A stretch of DNA of 64,000 nucleotides from an uncultured bacterium (GCA_963826535.1 CAWGXL010000011.1:320809-384808); one strand, 5' to 3'; counted from the first letter of the stretch, positions 18,757-28,817 are shown. Notes: generated by a model not told the origin, from the sequence alone. Numbers and translations are program-made.

Positions 18757-20523
18757 TTATTGTGAAGATAGATGGGAGGAGAGTTGGGAGTATTTTTTTT
18801 TCAGTTCCTGGACTTCTTTTTCCAGACCTGATTGCTCTTTTGTTTTAATTTCAATGGCTAGAGTTTTCATTTTTTGATGGATATAGATTAGCTTAAGTTT
18901 GGAGGCTACTTTTTCTACTTCCTTGGTTAGCTTATTTTGATCAGCGAAATGCGGAAGCGGAAAGAGCATTGAGGAGTCGTAGCTTTCGATCAGCTCAGCG
19001 GGGAGGGCGTTTATGAATTTATGGCCGTCAAAGTTGTCTGAATGGGCAAAATGATCTAAGAGATGATATAGAATTTTCTGGCGGGCGCGATCTTTGGACA
19101 ACGAGTCAGATAGAATATTAACTGCTAAATCTAGAACGGCTTTGGGGTTATCGCTCTGTACTATTAAAGATAGCAAGTATTCTTCCATAATTTCTTCTTT
19201 GGGGCGTTTGGATTGGGGCGCGGTTTTTACCACTGCTGTTTGTTCTTTGGTAGTCATGCGTTCGATTTCTTTGGCGACGCTTTCATAAGACGTATCAAGG
19301 AGGTTCGCGGTTTTTCTGAGATAGTGTTCTTTGATAATTTCGTTTTTAATATTGGAGAACAGCGGGAGCATTGCGTCAGCTATCAGCTTTTTGCCTTCAG
19401 CTGTCTGAATATCGTTAAGGCGCGCTAAGTTGTTTAAGAGGTAATCGTAGGCGCCTTGATCATCGCGTACCGCTTTTTTGAAGAGACCAGAATCCTGTTT
19501 TAGCGCTTCATCGGGATCTTTACCTTGCGGGATGTCTATGACTGTTGGTACGAGTCCTTTTTTTTCCACAACTGCTAAACTTCTTTTGATAGCTTCTTGG
19601 CCGGCTTTGTCACCATCGAAACAGAAAGTAATCTTTTCAGCGAATCGGGCTAGCAGATTTACTTGCGCTTCTGTGAGGGCAGTTCCTTTGACGCCAACAA
19701 CATTGGATATTCCATGCTGAAAACAGGAAATTACATCGAACTCTCCTTCGCAAACAATCACCTGGCCTGCTTTGCGGATGGTGTCTTTGGTGATGTTGAG
19801 TCCATAAACGCACTCTCCTTTGTGGTAAGCCACAGTCTCGCGGGTATTGATGTATTTGGCGGTGGTCGCGTTTTTATCCAGGACGCGGCCCGCAAAGCCG
19901 ACAACATTATCTCTATGGTCAACCAGCGGAAAAATTAGTCTTCCTCTAAAAAAGTCCTGTGTTCTCCCCCCCCATTGTGCGGCTAAGCCAGCGTCAATGA
20001 TATCTTGCGGGGAAAAGCGTTTTTTTTCGATGAGATATTTAGTAAGGGCATTACCAGTGCCCGGCGCAAATCCGAGCATAAAGGTTTGGATGATTTTGTG
20101 AGTTACTCCCCTTTCTTCAAGATAAGCCAAGGCTTTTTTGCCTGCACTGTGCTTGACGAGAACGTAGTGATAGTATTCACGAGCAAGAATATTAAGGTCA
20201 TAGATTTTTTCTTTTTTGGAGTTTTGGGCAATTTGGGTTGGTCTAGTTGCAAGTTCGATGCCAGCCCGTTTGGCTAACATGCGAAGGGCTTCAGGAAATT
20301 CGAGACGTTCGTATTCCATGAGAAAGGAATAAACGTCGCCACCTTTTTGACAGCCAAAGCACTTCCACATTTGGCGTTCAGGGTTGACCATGAAAGAGGG
20401 GGATTTTTCTGTATGGAAGGGGCAGTTGGCTTTGAAGTTGCGGCCGGCTTTTTTGAGTGGAATAAATTCTTGAATAAAGGAGACAATGTCTATTTTTTCG
20501 CGGATTTGGGAAACTTCGTCCAT
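18757..20523 (-). CDS. dnaG: DNA primase DnaG
   Basis: CHC2 zinc finger CPFHTEKSPSF...CFGC, a Toprim domain (EGEFDVIS, DGDKAGQ), and a C-terminal helicase-interaction region. Confidence 0.9.
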   Translation of the reverse strand: MDEVSQIREKIDIVSFIQEFIPLKKAGRNFKANCPFHTEKSPSFMVNPERQMWKCFGCQKGGDVYSFLMEYERLEFPEALRMLAKRAGIELATRPTQIAQNSKKEKIYDLNILAREYYHYVLVKHSAGKKALAYLEERGVTHKIIQTFMLGFAPGTGNALTKYLIEKKRFSPQDIIDAGLAAQWGGRTQDFFRGRLIFPLVDHRDNVVGFAGRVLDKNATTAKYINTRETVAYHKGECVYGLNITKDTIRKAGQVIVCEGEFDVISCFQHGISNVVGVKGTALTEAQVNLLARFAEKITFCFDGDKAGQEAIKRSLAVVEKKGLVPTVIDIPQGKDPDEALKQDSGLFKKAVRDDQGAYDYLLNNLARLNDIQTAEGKKLIADAMLPLFSNIKNEIIKEHYLRKTANLLDTSYESVAKEIERMTTKEQTAVVKTAPQSKRPKEEIMEEYLLSLIVQSDNPKAVLDLAVNILSDSLSKDRARQKILYHLLDHFAHSDNFDGHKFINALPAELIESYDSSMLFPLPHFADQNKLTKEVEKVASKLKLIYIHQKMKTLAIEIKTKEQSGLEKEVQELKKKYSQLSSHLSSQ

Positions 20524-20947
20524 ATTGAACCCCGATTGAACCCCGATTTTATCGGGGAAGTTGGGGCGAGGCTATTGTAGCATGTATTGGCGAATTTTTC
20601 CTCTATTCAATTGTATATTATTTGATGTATTAAGCTTGAGTTTTATTCTTTTATTTTATAAATTCTGGGTTCTAAGATTTATTGTTTAGGCTTTTATTGA
20701 TTTTTTGCCGTTTTAAAATTGGGGTGTTTGGGTTTGATATAGACGGACTTAATACGGACTGATAAAACAATCTTTACAAAGTTTTTAAATTGCGTAATAC
20801 TTATTTTCCTATGTTCTTATTTACTTTCTTTAAATCTTCTAAGATATGGTTGGCAGGGAAGACGACCGGAGCGAGAAAAAAATTCTCCTCTATTCGGCTG
20901 GTGTTTTTGGCGCCGGTGGAATAATGGCTATTAGCGAAGGGCAAGGA

Positions 20948-21328
20948 TTATTTACCAGAAGCTTGACCAACCACAACTACAGTATCCTTAGAAGCGGCAG
21001 GATAATAAAGCCTATTTTGTGCTTTTACAACTCTCTCAGGCTTAACTCCTCCTTTAGTAGCCCAATCTAATGCGCTTCTTCCACCATACTGTTCTTTTAA
21101 AGCTTCATCTGGCGTCATGAGCTTTACATGTTCATCTCCTACCCAAGTAGTTTTTACTGAAGGTTTTGCGTCCTGAACAGTTATTTTTTCACCGCTAACT
21201 GTAATGTTGTATTGTCCCACGACTGTTTCTCTAACACCCAAAGCTGTTTCTCCAAACTTCTCATGTACCTTAGCCATTGCAGCGGCATCCTCTACCCCAC
21301 GGCCAAACTGTGCCTGATTTCTAACCAT
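20948..21328 (-). CDS. Hypothetical protein, possibly a gene remnant
   Basis: ORF only. GC is locally higher than the flanks. A 39-codon ORF in another frame lies immediately upstream at 21330-21450. Confidence 0.25.
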   Translation of the reverse strand: MVRNQAQFGRGVEDAAAMAKVHEKFGETALGVRETVVGQYNITVSGEKITVQDAKPSVKTTWVGDEHVKLMTPDEALKEQYGGRSALDWATKGGVKPERVVKAQNRLYYPAASKDTVVVVGQASGK

Positions 21329-21522
21329 AAATGAGTCAAATTCTTTAGTTAAAAGGGCGCCGCGACTTTCGCTACCACATACAATACCTGGCGAGTTATT
21401 TGCGGTTCTAAAACCTCAACTGATTCGGTTGCTCTCCCAATTTCACCTGCACCTAGCTCTGTCATAATAACTGTACTATAGACAATTCGTGACTAAATGT
21501 CAAATTTTTGTATGCTTAAAAA

Positions 21523-21963
21523 TTAATAAATACTATCTATTTCTTCAACCAGCAGTTTTTTTAGGGATTCTGTTTTTAGATTTATCAGTTTTTCGTCATT
21601 CGTTATAAATGTTTTTGAGCCTGATATAATTGCTGTTGCTATTTGAAGAGAGTCGGGTGTGCGAAGATGCGGATTTTCTCTTCTTAGACTTGCAGCTTTT
21701 TCCATTATTTCCCAGTTGACATCATATACGGTAAGGTTGGGAGTTTTTTGAAAAAACCTGGCAAAAGCCAATAATTTATCTTGATCGCGCTCGAGCTTAG
21801 GGGCGGATAGAACTTCAAGAGTAGTGATAATCGAAGTAACGGCGCTTAAGTCTCCCTTTTCTATTTGTTTAAATAGTCGATTGACCTTTTTTATATACCG
21901 GCTATCTTCCTCGAAAAGATAGATAAACACCATTGAGTCGAGATAAACTTGGATTTTGTTCAT
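21523..21963 (-). CDS. vapC: PIN-domain ribonuclease toxin VapC
   Basis: Acidic PIN residues in VYLDSMVFIY, TLEV and TPDSLQIATA. Its ATG overlaps the vapB stop as ATGA. Confidence 0.7.
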   Translation of the reverse strand: MNKIQVYLDSMVFIYLFEEDSRYIKKVNRLFKQIEKGDLSAVTSIITTLEVLSAPKLERDQDKLLAFARFFQKTPNLTVYDVNWEIMEKAASLRRENPHLRTPDSLQIATAIISGSKTFITNDEKLINLKTESLKKLLVEEIDSIY

Positions 21964-22208
21964 TTTTTGGACCAATGATTTCTTTCTTTGTCAATGTATT
22001 CCTCGCCCCTTCCCCAAACACCCCGGCCCAAACCTGTAACCTTTTTAACCCAGCTTTCCGGCTCGAGCTCAAGTATAGCCTTAGGCACTGTTCCCTTATT
22101 TTCAACGGACAAGAGCAGTTTGCTTCCAGGCTTTAGTCCGAGTTTTTTTCTAGCACGGCTTGGTATAACTACTTGTCCTTGTGAGGATAAAATTAAAGTG
22201 TAAAGCAT
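21960..22208 (-). CDS. vapB: AbrB/SpoVT-family antitoxin VapB
   Basis: SQGQVVIPSRARKKLGLKPGSKL swapped-hairpin motif. 82 aa, immediately upstream of and overlapping the PIN gene. Confidence 0.65.
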   Translation of the reverse strand: MLYTLILSSQGQVVIPSRARKKLGLKPGSKLLLSVENKGTVPKAILELEPESWVKKVTGLGRGVWGRGEEYIDKERNHWSKK

Positions 22209-22372
22209 AATACATTTAATTTATCAAAAAGTTAAATAAATGTCAATAGCGCATTTATCTTAAAATTTGCTATGATAGATTTGCCGCTCAGAATTGATCT
22301 TATTATGATGAATTGCAAGATCAATGCTTTAAGTATTATACTTAATTGTAATATGATAATAGATGAATATAT

Positions 22373-23902
22373 ATGTTAGCTAGGGTTTTGTCAGCGGCGA
22401 TTGTGGGGTTGAACGCGGTTCCGGTGGAGGTTGAGGTAGATATTGCGGCACAGGGGTTGCCGAATTTTTTTATAGTCGGACTTGGGGATAAGGCAGTTGA
22501 GGAGGCGAAGGAGCGGGTGCGATCGGCGCTTCGGAATAGCGGGGCAGATTTTCCTGCCAGGCGGATCACGGTAAACTTGGCGCCGGCAGATTTACCGAAA
22601 GGAGGTCCTGCCTATGATATGCCTATTGCGTTGGGAATCCTCATAGCATCCGGACAATTGCAGGCAGACCCCGCGGATGCACTTTTTGCGGGAGAATTGT
22701 CACTGGACGGGCGTGTGCGGCCGATTACCGGAGTGTTGCTCGCGGCAATTTTGGCAAAAGAGAAAAAAATAAAACAGTTTTTTGTTCCGGAAGATAATGC
22801 TAATGAGGCTACAATTGTGCCAGATATTACTGTTTATCCTGTTCCCTCTCTTCTTTCACTTTTTCAGCATTTTACAAATCAACAACTTCTACAGCCTAAG
22901 GAAGCAGTTGCATATTCTGAGGAGGCAACTAATAATTTTGATTTTGATATGCAGGATATTAAGGGCCAGCAGGCGGCAAAAAGGGCGCTGGAGATAGCGG
23001 CAGCAGGAGCTCACAATGTAATTCTGAAAGGGCCTCCGGGGGCGGGAAAGACTTTACTTGCACGTACTCTGGCATCAATTCTGCCAAAGTTGACTTTTGA
23101 GGAGATGGTTGAGGTTACTAAGATTTATAGTATTTCAGGACTATTGGGAAAGGAGGCGATCGTGAGACAGAGGCCTTTTCGTGCGCCGCATCACACCACT
23201 TCACTGGTTGGACTAATCGGCGGCGGCTCCCATCCAAAACCAGGAGAGATTACACTCGCCCATCGAGGAGTTCTGTTTTTGGATGAATTTCCTGAATTCC
23301 CCAGATATATTCTTGAGAGCTTACGGCAACCGATTGAGGATAGTATTGTGTCAATTTCGAGAGCAAACGGTAAACTACTTTTTCCGGCAAAGTGCATGCT
23401 GGTTGCTGCACAGAATCCCTGCCCGTGTGGTTATTATCAAGACAGTAAACGCGCCTGCAGTTGTACATCGACGCAAGTTATGCGCTATCATAAACGTATA
23501 TCAGGACCTTTGCTTGACCGAATAGATATACATATTGATGTACCAGCCGTACAGGCGCATAAGTTGACTGAGGTAGATGGAGCCTCTGTGGAAAATTCAG
23601 CCGCGGTGCGTGGGCGAGTGCAAAAGGCAAGGGACGCTCAAATTAAACGATTCACCGGAACTACCCTCAGTTCTAATTCGGAATTGACGAGCAGGAATGT
23701 TAAGCAATATTGTGTTCTAACAGATGATTGTATAGATCTGCTACGCCAGGCAGTCTCGACGTTGCATTTATCCGGCAGATCATATTATCGTACAATAAAA
23801 TTAGGCCGGACAATTGCTGATCTAGACAATCAAGAGGACATAAAACCAAACCATATTGCGGAAGCATTACAGTATCGGCCGAAAATAGACACGGTGGTAT
23901 GA
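22373..23902 (+). CDS. comM: Mg-chelatase-like AAA+ ATPase YifB/ComM
   Basis: N-terminal Lon-like domain, Walker A GPPGAGKT, Cys cluster CPCGYY...CSC, C-terminal ChlI-type region. Confidence 0.85.
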   Translation: MLARVLSAAIVGLNAVPVEVEVDIAAQGLPNFFIVGLGDKAVEEAKERVRSALRNSGADFPARRITVNLAPADLPKGGPAYDMPIALGILIASGQLQADPADALFAGELSLDGRVRPITGVLLAAILAKEKKIKQFFVPEDNANEATIVPDITVYPVPSLLSLFQHFTNQQLLQPKEAVAYSEEATNNFDFDMQDIKGQQAAKRALEIAAAGAHNVILKGPPGAGKTLLARTLASILPKLTFEEMVEVTKIYSISGLLGKEAIVRQRPFRAPHHTTSLVGLIGGGSHPKPGEITLAHRGVLFLDEFPEFPRYILESLRQPIEDSIVSISRANGKLLFPAKCMLVAAQNPCPCGYYQDSKRACSCTSTQVMRYHKRISGPLLDRIDIHIDVPAVQAHKLTEVDGASVENSAAVRGRVQKARDAQIKRFTGTTLSSNSELTSRNVKQYCVLTDDCIDLLRQAVSTLHLSGRSYYRTIKLGRTIADLDNQEDIKPNHIAEALQYRPKIDTVV

Positions 23903-23910
23903 GGAATATA

Positions 23911-23962
23911 AGGAAGAAATTATTTGTAACTACTGGATCCCCGCGTTCGCGGGAATGACAAA
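23911..23962. repeat. About 51-nt repeated element with GC-rich hairpin (copy 1)
   Basis: aggaagaaattatttgtaactactggatccccgcgttcgcgggaatgacaa. A near-identical copy sits at 35237-35287. Confidence 0.6.
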
Positions 23963-23979
23963 ATTGATTTGAGTAAAGT

Positions 23980-26349
23980 ATGGAAAAAGAAACAGTCTTA
24001 GGACTTACACATCACGAAGCCAAGCTACGATTGATGCAGAACGGGAAGAATATTATTAACTCCGAGTCCTCATCGTCTTTGCGGGCGATTTTCTTCTCTC
24101 AATTTCCAACAATGATCAACTGTATACTTGCTGTGGCGGCGATTTTATCCTTTGTCCTAAGAAATATACTGGACGGAATATTTATCCTTGCCGTTATTTT
24201 GGTAAACGGCATTCTGGGGTTTATTCAGGAATACCGGGCAGCGCGAACAATCGCGAAATTAAAAGATTATACCGCTCCAACTGCACGAGTTATACGGGAA
24301 GGAAGAGAGGAAGAAATCTTAGCCGAAAATTTGGTGGTAGATGATATTGTGATCCTTGCCGAGGGAAGCCGTGTTCCTGCTGATGGCGCGCTCGTCGGGA
24401 CAACGCATCTTGAAATTGATGAGTCAATTTTGACCGGTGAATCACTGGGTGTGATGAAGAAAATTTCCGGTACTGTTTATTTGGGAACGCTTGTCACAAA
24501 GGGCAAAGGCCGAATGCATGTGGAAAAGACAGGTATGCAGACACGGTTTGGACAAATTGCTCAAAACTTATCAACGATTAAGGCAGATAAAACACCATTA
24601 CAAAAAAATCTTGACGGCTTAGGCAACACATTATCCTTTATAGCAATTATTGCGGGGCTCTTAATTATCCCAATAGGACTATTCTATGGTGAATCCCTAG
24701 TTCCATTAGTTCTGGTTGGGGTAAGCATAGGGGTGGCAGCGATACCAGAAGGGCTGCCGGCAGTTGTAACGATTGCTTTTGCCGTGGGTGGTCATCGAAT
24801 GGCAAGACGCGGCGCGATTGTGAGAAAAATGGCTGCTATTGAAACGCTTGGCGCTGTACAAATTATTCTATCGGATAAAACCGGCACCATTACTCAAAAC
24901 CTAATGCGGGTGAAAAAGTATTGGCTGGAAGACAATGCTAAGTTAACTATGATACTTAGGGCATGTGTTCTTGGCAATACAGCGTCACTGGTTGAAAAAG
25001 GGAGTGGCTCAGCATATGAGGTGGTCGGCGATCAGACGGATGGCGCTCTTCTTTTGTGGGCGAAAGAACAGAAAGTTAAGCCGCTTATCTTAGAGGGAGG
25101 AGAAGTGCTTGATGAGTATGTGTTTGATCCGGAGTACAAAACCATTACAACCGTCTGGAAACATAACAGCCTAAAATATGTCTTTGTCAGGGGGGCGCCG
25201 GAAGCGGTCATTGCTAAAAGCATTCTTACTGAAACAAAAAGAGAGATGGTAACCGCGAAATATGAGGATTTTGCCAAAGAGGGGCTGCGTACAATAGCAT
25301 TTGCATTCAAGAATGAGGGTAGTGCAGGCAAGGTTGAGCGGGAGCAATTGGAGCGTGACTTGACCTTTTTAGGTTTTATCGCAATTTATGATCCGCCTCG
25401 GACAGAAGTAAAAGATGCTATTAAAAAATCCCGCACGGCGGGTATCCAGGTCATTATGGTTACGGGGGACAATGAATTGACCGCGCTTAGTCTGGCACGA
25501 GATATTGGACTGATTGAGAAGGATGAGGATGTGATAACCGGCGAAGAACTCACAAAAATGACTGACGATACGCTATCAAATATTATTCTTAAAACGCGTG
25601 TGTTTGCACGTACGCAACCTGAAGAGAAGCTACGGCTGGTTTCCCTTCTGAAAAAGCAGGGAGTGGTTGTTGGAGTAACCGGAGATGGCGTCAATGATGC
25701 GCTGGCTCTAAAAATGGGAGACGTTGGCGTGGCTATGGGGAAAGGCGGCACCGATGTTGCCCGGGAAGCATCTGATATTGTGCTCACTGATAATAGCTTT
25801 GCGACCCTAATCAAAGCAATTGAGGAGGGGCGGATTATTTATAAAAATATAACAAATGCGGTTGTCTATCTTATTTCCGGAAACCTGGCAGGAATGTCAT
25901 TAGTATTTTTTGCCACTTTGGCTCATCTTCCATTTATCCTTTTACCAACACAAATATTGTGGATAAATCTTGTCACCAGTTTGCCTGCTCTTGCTTTGGC
26001 AACCGGCGCCCGGGACGCGACGGTTTTGCACAAAAAACCACGTGATCCGGCCGTACGCTTATTGAATTCAAAGCGGCTTATGATTATTTGCCTTATCGGC
26101 TTTACGCTTTCAGGCTTTCTGCTGGCTCTTTTTGCATTTCTACTGCAAAATACTACAGAAACGCAGGCACGAGGCGCAATTTTTAATTTGTTTATTTACT
26201 TTCATTTGCTTATTGTTATGGGAATTGGCTGGCAGTCGCTTAAAAAAGGGAATGTGTTTTTGGTATTTACAGTAGTTCTAATTTTTCTCCTGCAAGTCAT
26301 TATCTCTACAATACCTTTTTTCCAACAAATATTTCATCTGCGGGTATAA
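23980..26349 (+). CDS. P-type cation-transporting ATPase (P2-type, Ca2+/Mg2+-like)
   Basis: Phosphorylation motif DKTGTITQN, TGDN, hinge GDGVNDALAL, and about 8-10 TM segments. Confidence 0.85.
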   Translation: MEKETVLGLTHHEAKLRLMQNGKNIINSESSSSLRAIFFSQFPTMINCILAVAAILSFVLRNILDGIFILAVILVNGILGFIQEYRAARTIAKLKDYTAPTARVIREGREEEILAENLVVDDIVILAEGSRVPADGALVGTTHLEIDESILTGESLGVMKKISGTVYLGTLVTKGKGRMHVEKTGMQTRFGQIAQNLSTIKADKTPLQKNLDGLGNTLSFIAIIAGLLIIPIGLFYGESLVPLVLVGVSIGVAAIPEGLPAVVTIAFAVGGHRMARRGAIVRKMAAIETLGAVQIILSDKTGTITQNLMRVKKYWLEDNAKLTMILRACVLGNTASLVEKGSGSAYEVVGDQTDGALLLWAKEQKVKPLILEGGEVLDEYVFDPEYKTITTVWKHNSLKYVFVRGAPEAVIAKSILTETKREMVTAKYEDFAKEGLRTIAFAFKNEGSAGKVEREQLERDLTFLGFIAIYDPPRTEVKDAIKKSRTAGIQVIMVTGDNELTALSLARDIGLIEKDEDVITGEELTKMTDDTLSNIILKTRVFARTQPEEKLRLVSLLKKQGVVVGVTGDGVNDALALKMGDVGVAMGKGGTDVAREASDIVLTDNSFATLIKAIEEGRIIYKNITNAVVYLISGNLAGMSLVFFATLAHLPFILLPTQILWINLVTSLPALALATGARDATVLHKKPRDPAVRLLNSKRLMIICLIGFTLSGFLLALFAFLLQNTTETQARGAIFNLFIYFHLLIVMGIGWQSLKKGNVFLVFTVVLIFLLQVIISTIPFFQQIFHLRV

Positions 26350-26470
26350 GTATAGAATATTAGAACCTTACCTCACTAATTTGTTATACATTTGTAAAGT
26401 TTAAGTAATGTATTTTCATAAATTATTTAATATAATCATTTCAACCAAGTAGTAAAGGGGGTGAATATTT

Positions 26471-26698
26471 ATGGTAATAACAAGAGAAAGCAAATTAAAT
26501 TGCCCTAAATGCGAAACGCAGATGCAGGACGGTAGATTATTAGCAAATGGTTTGGTGTGGGCTGGGAAGAAGATGGATAAAGTTTATGAGAATGTTGTAA
26601 AAGGATGTGAAGCAAAGCCTGCATTTGGAGTAGTAGCTTTTAGATGTCCAGCGTGCAATTATATTGAGCTTTATACTAATGAGGAAGAGGAGGCTTAA
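26471..26698 (+). CDS. Small zinc-ribbon protein
   Basis: Two CxxC pairs (CPKCETQ and CPACNY) separated by about 45 aa. Confidence 0.4.
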   Translation: MVITRESKLNCPKCETQMQDGRLLANGLVWAGKKMDKVYENVVKGCEAKPAFGVVAFRCPACNYIELYTNEEEEA

Positions 26699-26736
26699 TG
26701 CTTTGAAGCAAAAATGAGGAGACGTCAGCTATTTCT

Positions 26737-27759
26737 TTAAAATAATTCGTTCTGATTTGTAAAAGTAATCCCAAGGTGTTGGAAGCCAGCTTTGGTGGCG
26801 ACTCGGCCTCGGGAGGTTCTTTGGAGGAAGCCGATTTGGAGCAAATAGGGTTCGACGATGTCTTCTATTGTTCCTGTATCTTCGGAAATGGTTGAGGCAA
26901 TTGTTTCTATGCCGACCGGGCCGCCGTTGTGTTTTTGGATAATGGCATGCATGAATCTAATGTCCAATGGATCAAGGCCCATTTCATCGACTTCAAGCAT
27001 CTTGAGAGCAGCTTTGGTTGCGGAGAGATCAATTTGGCCTTCTCTTTTCACTTGGGCATAATCACGGACTCTTTTCAGAAGTTTCAAGGAAATGCGAGGC
27101 GTACCTCGGGCGCGTTTGGCGATTTCTTTGACACTTTCTTTATCAATTATAATCTTCAATTTTTTTGCACCACCAACTATGATTGTTCCCAATTCGGAAG
27201 GGTAGTAAAAATTCAACCGGTGCACAACGCCGAAGCGATCGCGCAGAGGCGCGGAAAGCAGGCCGGCGCGGGTAGTGGCGCCGATGATGGTGAATTGGGG
27301 AAGATCAAGGCGAAGCGTGCGGGCGGAGGGGCCTTTGCCTAAGACAATATCCAAGGCGAAGTCTTCCATGGCAGAATACATTGTCTCTTCTACTGTTTTA
27401 TGCAAGCGGTGGATCTCGTCGATAAATAGTATATCGCCTTTTTCAAGATTGGTGAGGATTGAGGCGAGATCGCCTGAGCGAGTAAGCGCAGGGCCTGAGG
27501 TAATACGAAGATTGGCGCCCATTTCCCTGGCCACAATGTGAGCTAGTGTTGTTTTTCCAAGTCCGGGCGGGCCGTAGAAAAGTATGTGCTCAATAGGTTC
27601 GCCGCGTTTTTTGGCGGCAGTGATGGCGATTTGTAAAGCGGTTTTGACACTTTCTTGTCCGCAAAATTCATCCCAAGAGCTTGCCCTGAGAGATGTGAAT
27701 AGCTTTTCTTCTTCCGGAGAGATTTCTTGAGTTTTATCCTTAATTGCTTTATCAACCAT
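26737..27759 (-). CDS. ruvB: Holliday junction branch migration ATPase RuvB
   Basis: LFYGPPGLGKTTLA Walker A, sensor motifs, and a C-terminal winged helix. Confidence 0.9.
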   Translation of the reverse strand: MVDKAIKDKTQEISPEEEKLFTSLRASSWDEFCGQESVKTALQIAITAAKKRGEPIEHILFYGPPGLGKTTLAHIVAREMGANLRITSGPALTRSGDLASILTNLEKGDILFIDEIHRLHKTVEETMYSAMEDFALDIVLGKGPSARTLRLDLPQFTIIGATTRAGLLSAPLRDRFGVVHRLNFYYPSELGTIIVGGAKKLKIIIDKESVKEIAKRARGTPRISLKLLKRVRDYAQVKREGQIDLSATKAALKMLEVDEMGLDPLDIRFMHAIIQKHNGGPVGIETIASTISEDTGTIEDIVEPYLLQIGFLQRTSRGRVATKAGFQHLGITFTNQNELF

Positions 27760-27765
27760 AATTAA

Positions 27766-27830
27766 ATTACAAATCCAAAATTACAAATTCCAAATAATAT
27801 CAAAATTCAAATAAATAAATTCAAAACTAT
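27766..27830. repeat. Left inverted-repeat arm flanking the four-helix-bundle gene (acaaattccaaataa...)
   Basis: A 15-nt arm (27783-27797) is the reverse complement of 28210-28224. Further imperfect aaattcaaaa matches extend the similarity. Confidence 0.5.
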
Positions 27831-27840
27831 TTAATTATAA

Positions 27841-28203
27841 TTATTTTGATTTTTCTAATATTGCTGCGAATATTTTTACCAATTCTACAGTTTCTTGAAG
27901 AAGCGGTTGTATTCTTTCATTGAATTCAGGATTTGCCTCGATAATTAGGTTGAGCCAATATATTGTTTCTTTTCCTTCTTTTCTACAAATTCTGATTCTA
28001 AAAAGAAAGTCTTTTTTTGTTTCTGTTTCGTTTGCCTCTCTATAATTCGCTCCCATCGATGTTCCAGAACGGATAACCTGATCTATTAAATTAAAATTTA
28101 TTGTGTTTTTCGGAATGGCTTTTGCTAAGTGAATAATTCTTTTTCCAAAATCAAGTGTTCTTTCTTCTAGATCGTACTTTTTTGTATTTTGAATATTTGT
28201 CAT
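27841..28203 (-). CDS. Four-helix-bundle protein (23S rRNA intervening-sequence protein family)
   Basis: LDFGKRIIHLAKAIPK...IDQVIRSGTSMGANYREAN...KKDFLFRIRICRKEGKETIYWL matches the family signature. Confidence 0.75.
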   Translation of the reverse strand: MTNIQNTKKYDLEERTLDFGKRIIHLAKAIPKNTINFNLIDQVIRSGTSMGANYREANETETKKDFLFRIRICRKEGKETIYWLNLIIEANPEFNERIQPLLQETVELVKIFAAILEKSK

Positions 28204-28250
28204 TTGGATTTATTTGGAATTTGAGATTTTGAATTTTGAATTTATTTTCC
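28204..28250. repeat. Right inverted-repeat arm flanking the four-helix-bundle gene
   Basis: ttggatttatttggaatttgagattttgaattttgaa. Its reverse complement matches the left arm. Confidence 0.5.
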
Positions 28251-28817
28251 TAAGTATTTTAATGCCATTCTGACTTTCTCCCCAACTGACTCCCCTGCTC
28301 CATTTAAAGCTTTTAGGGCGCTTCGGGCTTCTGCCGGGGTAAAACCAAAACTTTTCAGAGCAGATACGACTTCACTTGCTTCTTCCCTATCGCCGGACAA
28401 ATCAATATCCCCTACCCCACCGAGTTTGCTCTTGAGTTCGATAATTATTTTCTGAGCGTTTTTTTTGCCAAGCCGCGGGACTCCGGTAAAGAACGACGTG
28501 TCATTGGAAACTATAGCTTGGATAATTTCAGGTCTTGAGCCAACAGAATAGATTGCAAGTGCTGTTTTGCAGCCTACTCCTGAAACGCTGATTAAATATT
28601 GGAAGAGCTTGAGATCTTGAGGTTCTGTAAATCCGTATAACTCAAGGAGGTCTTCGCGGACATGGGTATGGGTGTAGAGCATTAGACTTTGTCCTGTGCC
28701 GTTGATTTTGGTTAAAACCGATAATGGAACTAGTACTCTATACCCTACTCCGTTGACGTCGATAATCAAACAGGGATCTTCTCTATATTGGATTGTACCT
28801 TTGAGTGTTCCAATCAT
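28242..28817 (-). CDS. ruvA: Holliday junction DNA helicase RuvA
   Basis: MIGTLKGTI...DVNGVGYRV OB-fold N-terminus, HhH motifs, and a C-terminal RuvB-binding domain. Confidence 0.85.
   Translation of the reverse strand: MIGTLKGTIQYREDPCLIIDVNGVGYRVLVPLSVLTKINGTGQSLMLYTHTHVREDLLELYGFTEPQDLKLFQYLISVSGVGCKTALAIYSVGSRPEIIQAIVSNDTSFFTGVPRLGKKNAQKIIIELKSKLGGVGDIDLSGDREEASEVVSALKSFGFTPAEARSALKALNGAGESVGEKVRMALKYLGK

Noticed and set aside
12560-20523. Searched for pilT, pilM/N/O and prepilin peptidase pilD within the T4P locus
   Set aside because: None are present in the window. Their absence here cannot be interpreted without the rest of the genome.
20524-20580. Tandem 11-mer ttgaaccccga x2 plus hairpin ccccgat/atcgggg just upstream of the dnaG start
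   Set aside because: Only two copies and very short. It is probably 5'-UTR structure rather than a repeat element. Left as a minor note.
20846-21070. Plus-strand 74-aa ORF
   Set aside because: It overlaps the minus-strand ORF 20948-21328 and the dnaG upstream region. It has no RBS context or motif and is likely spurious.
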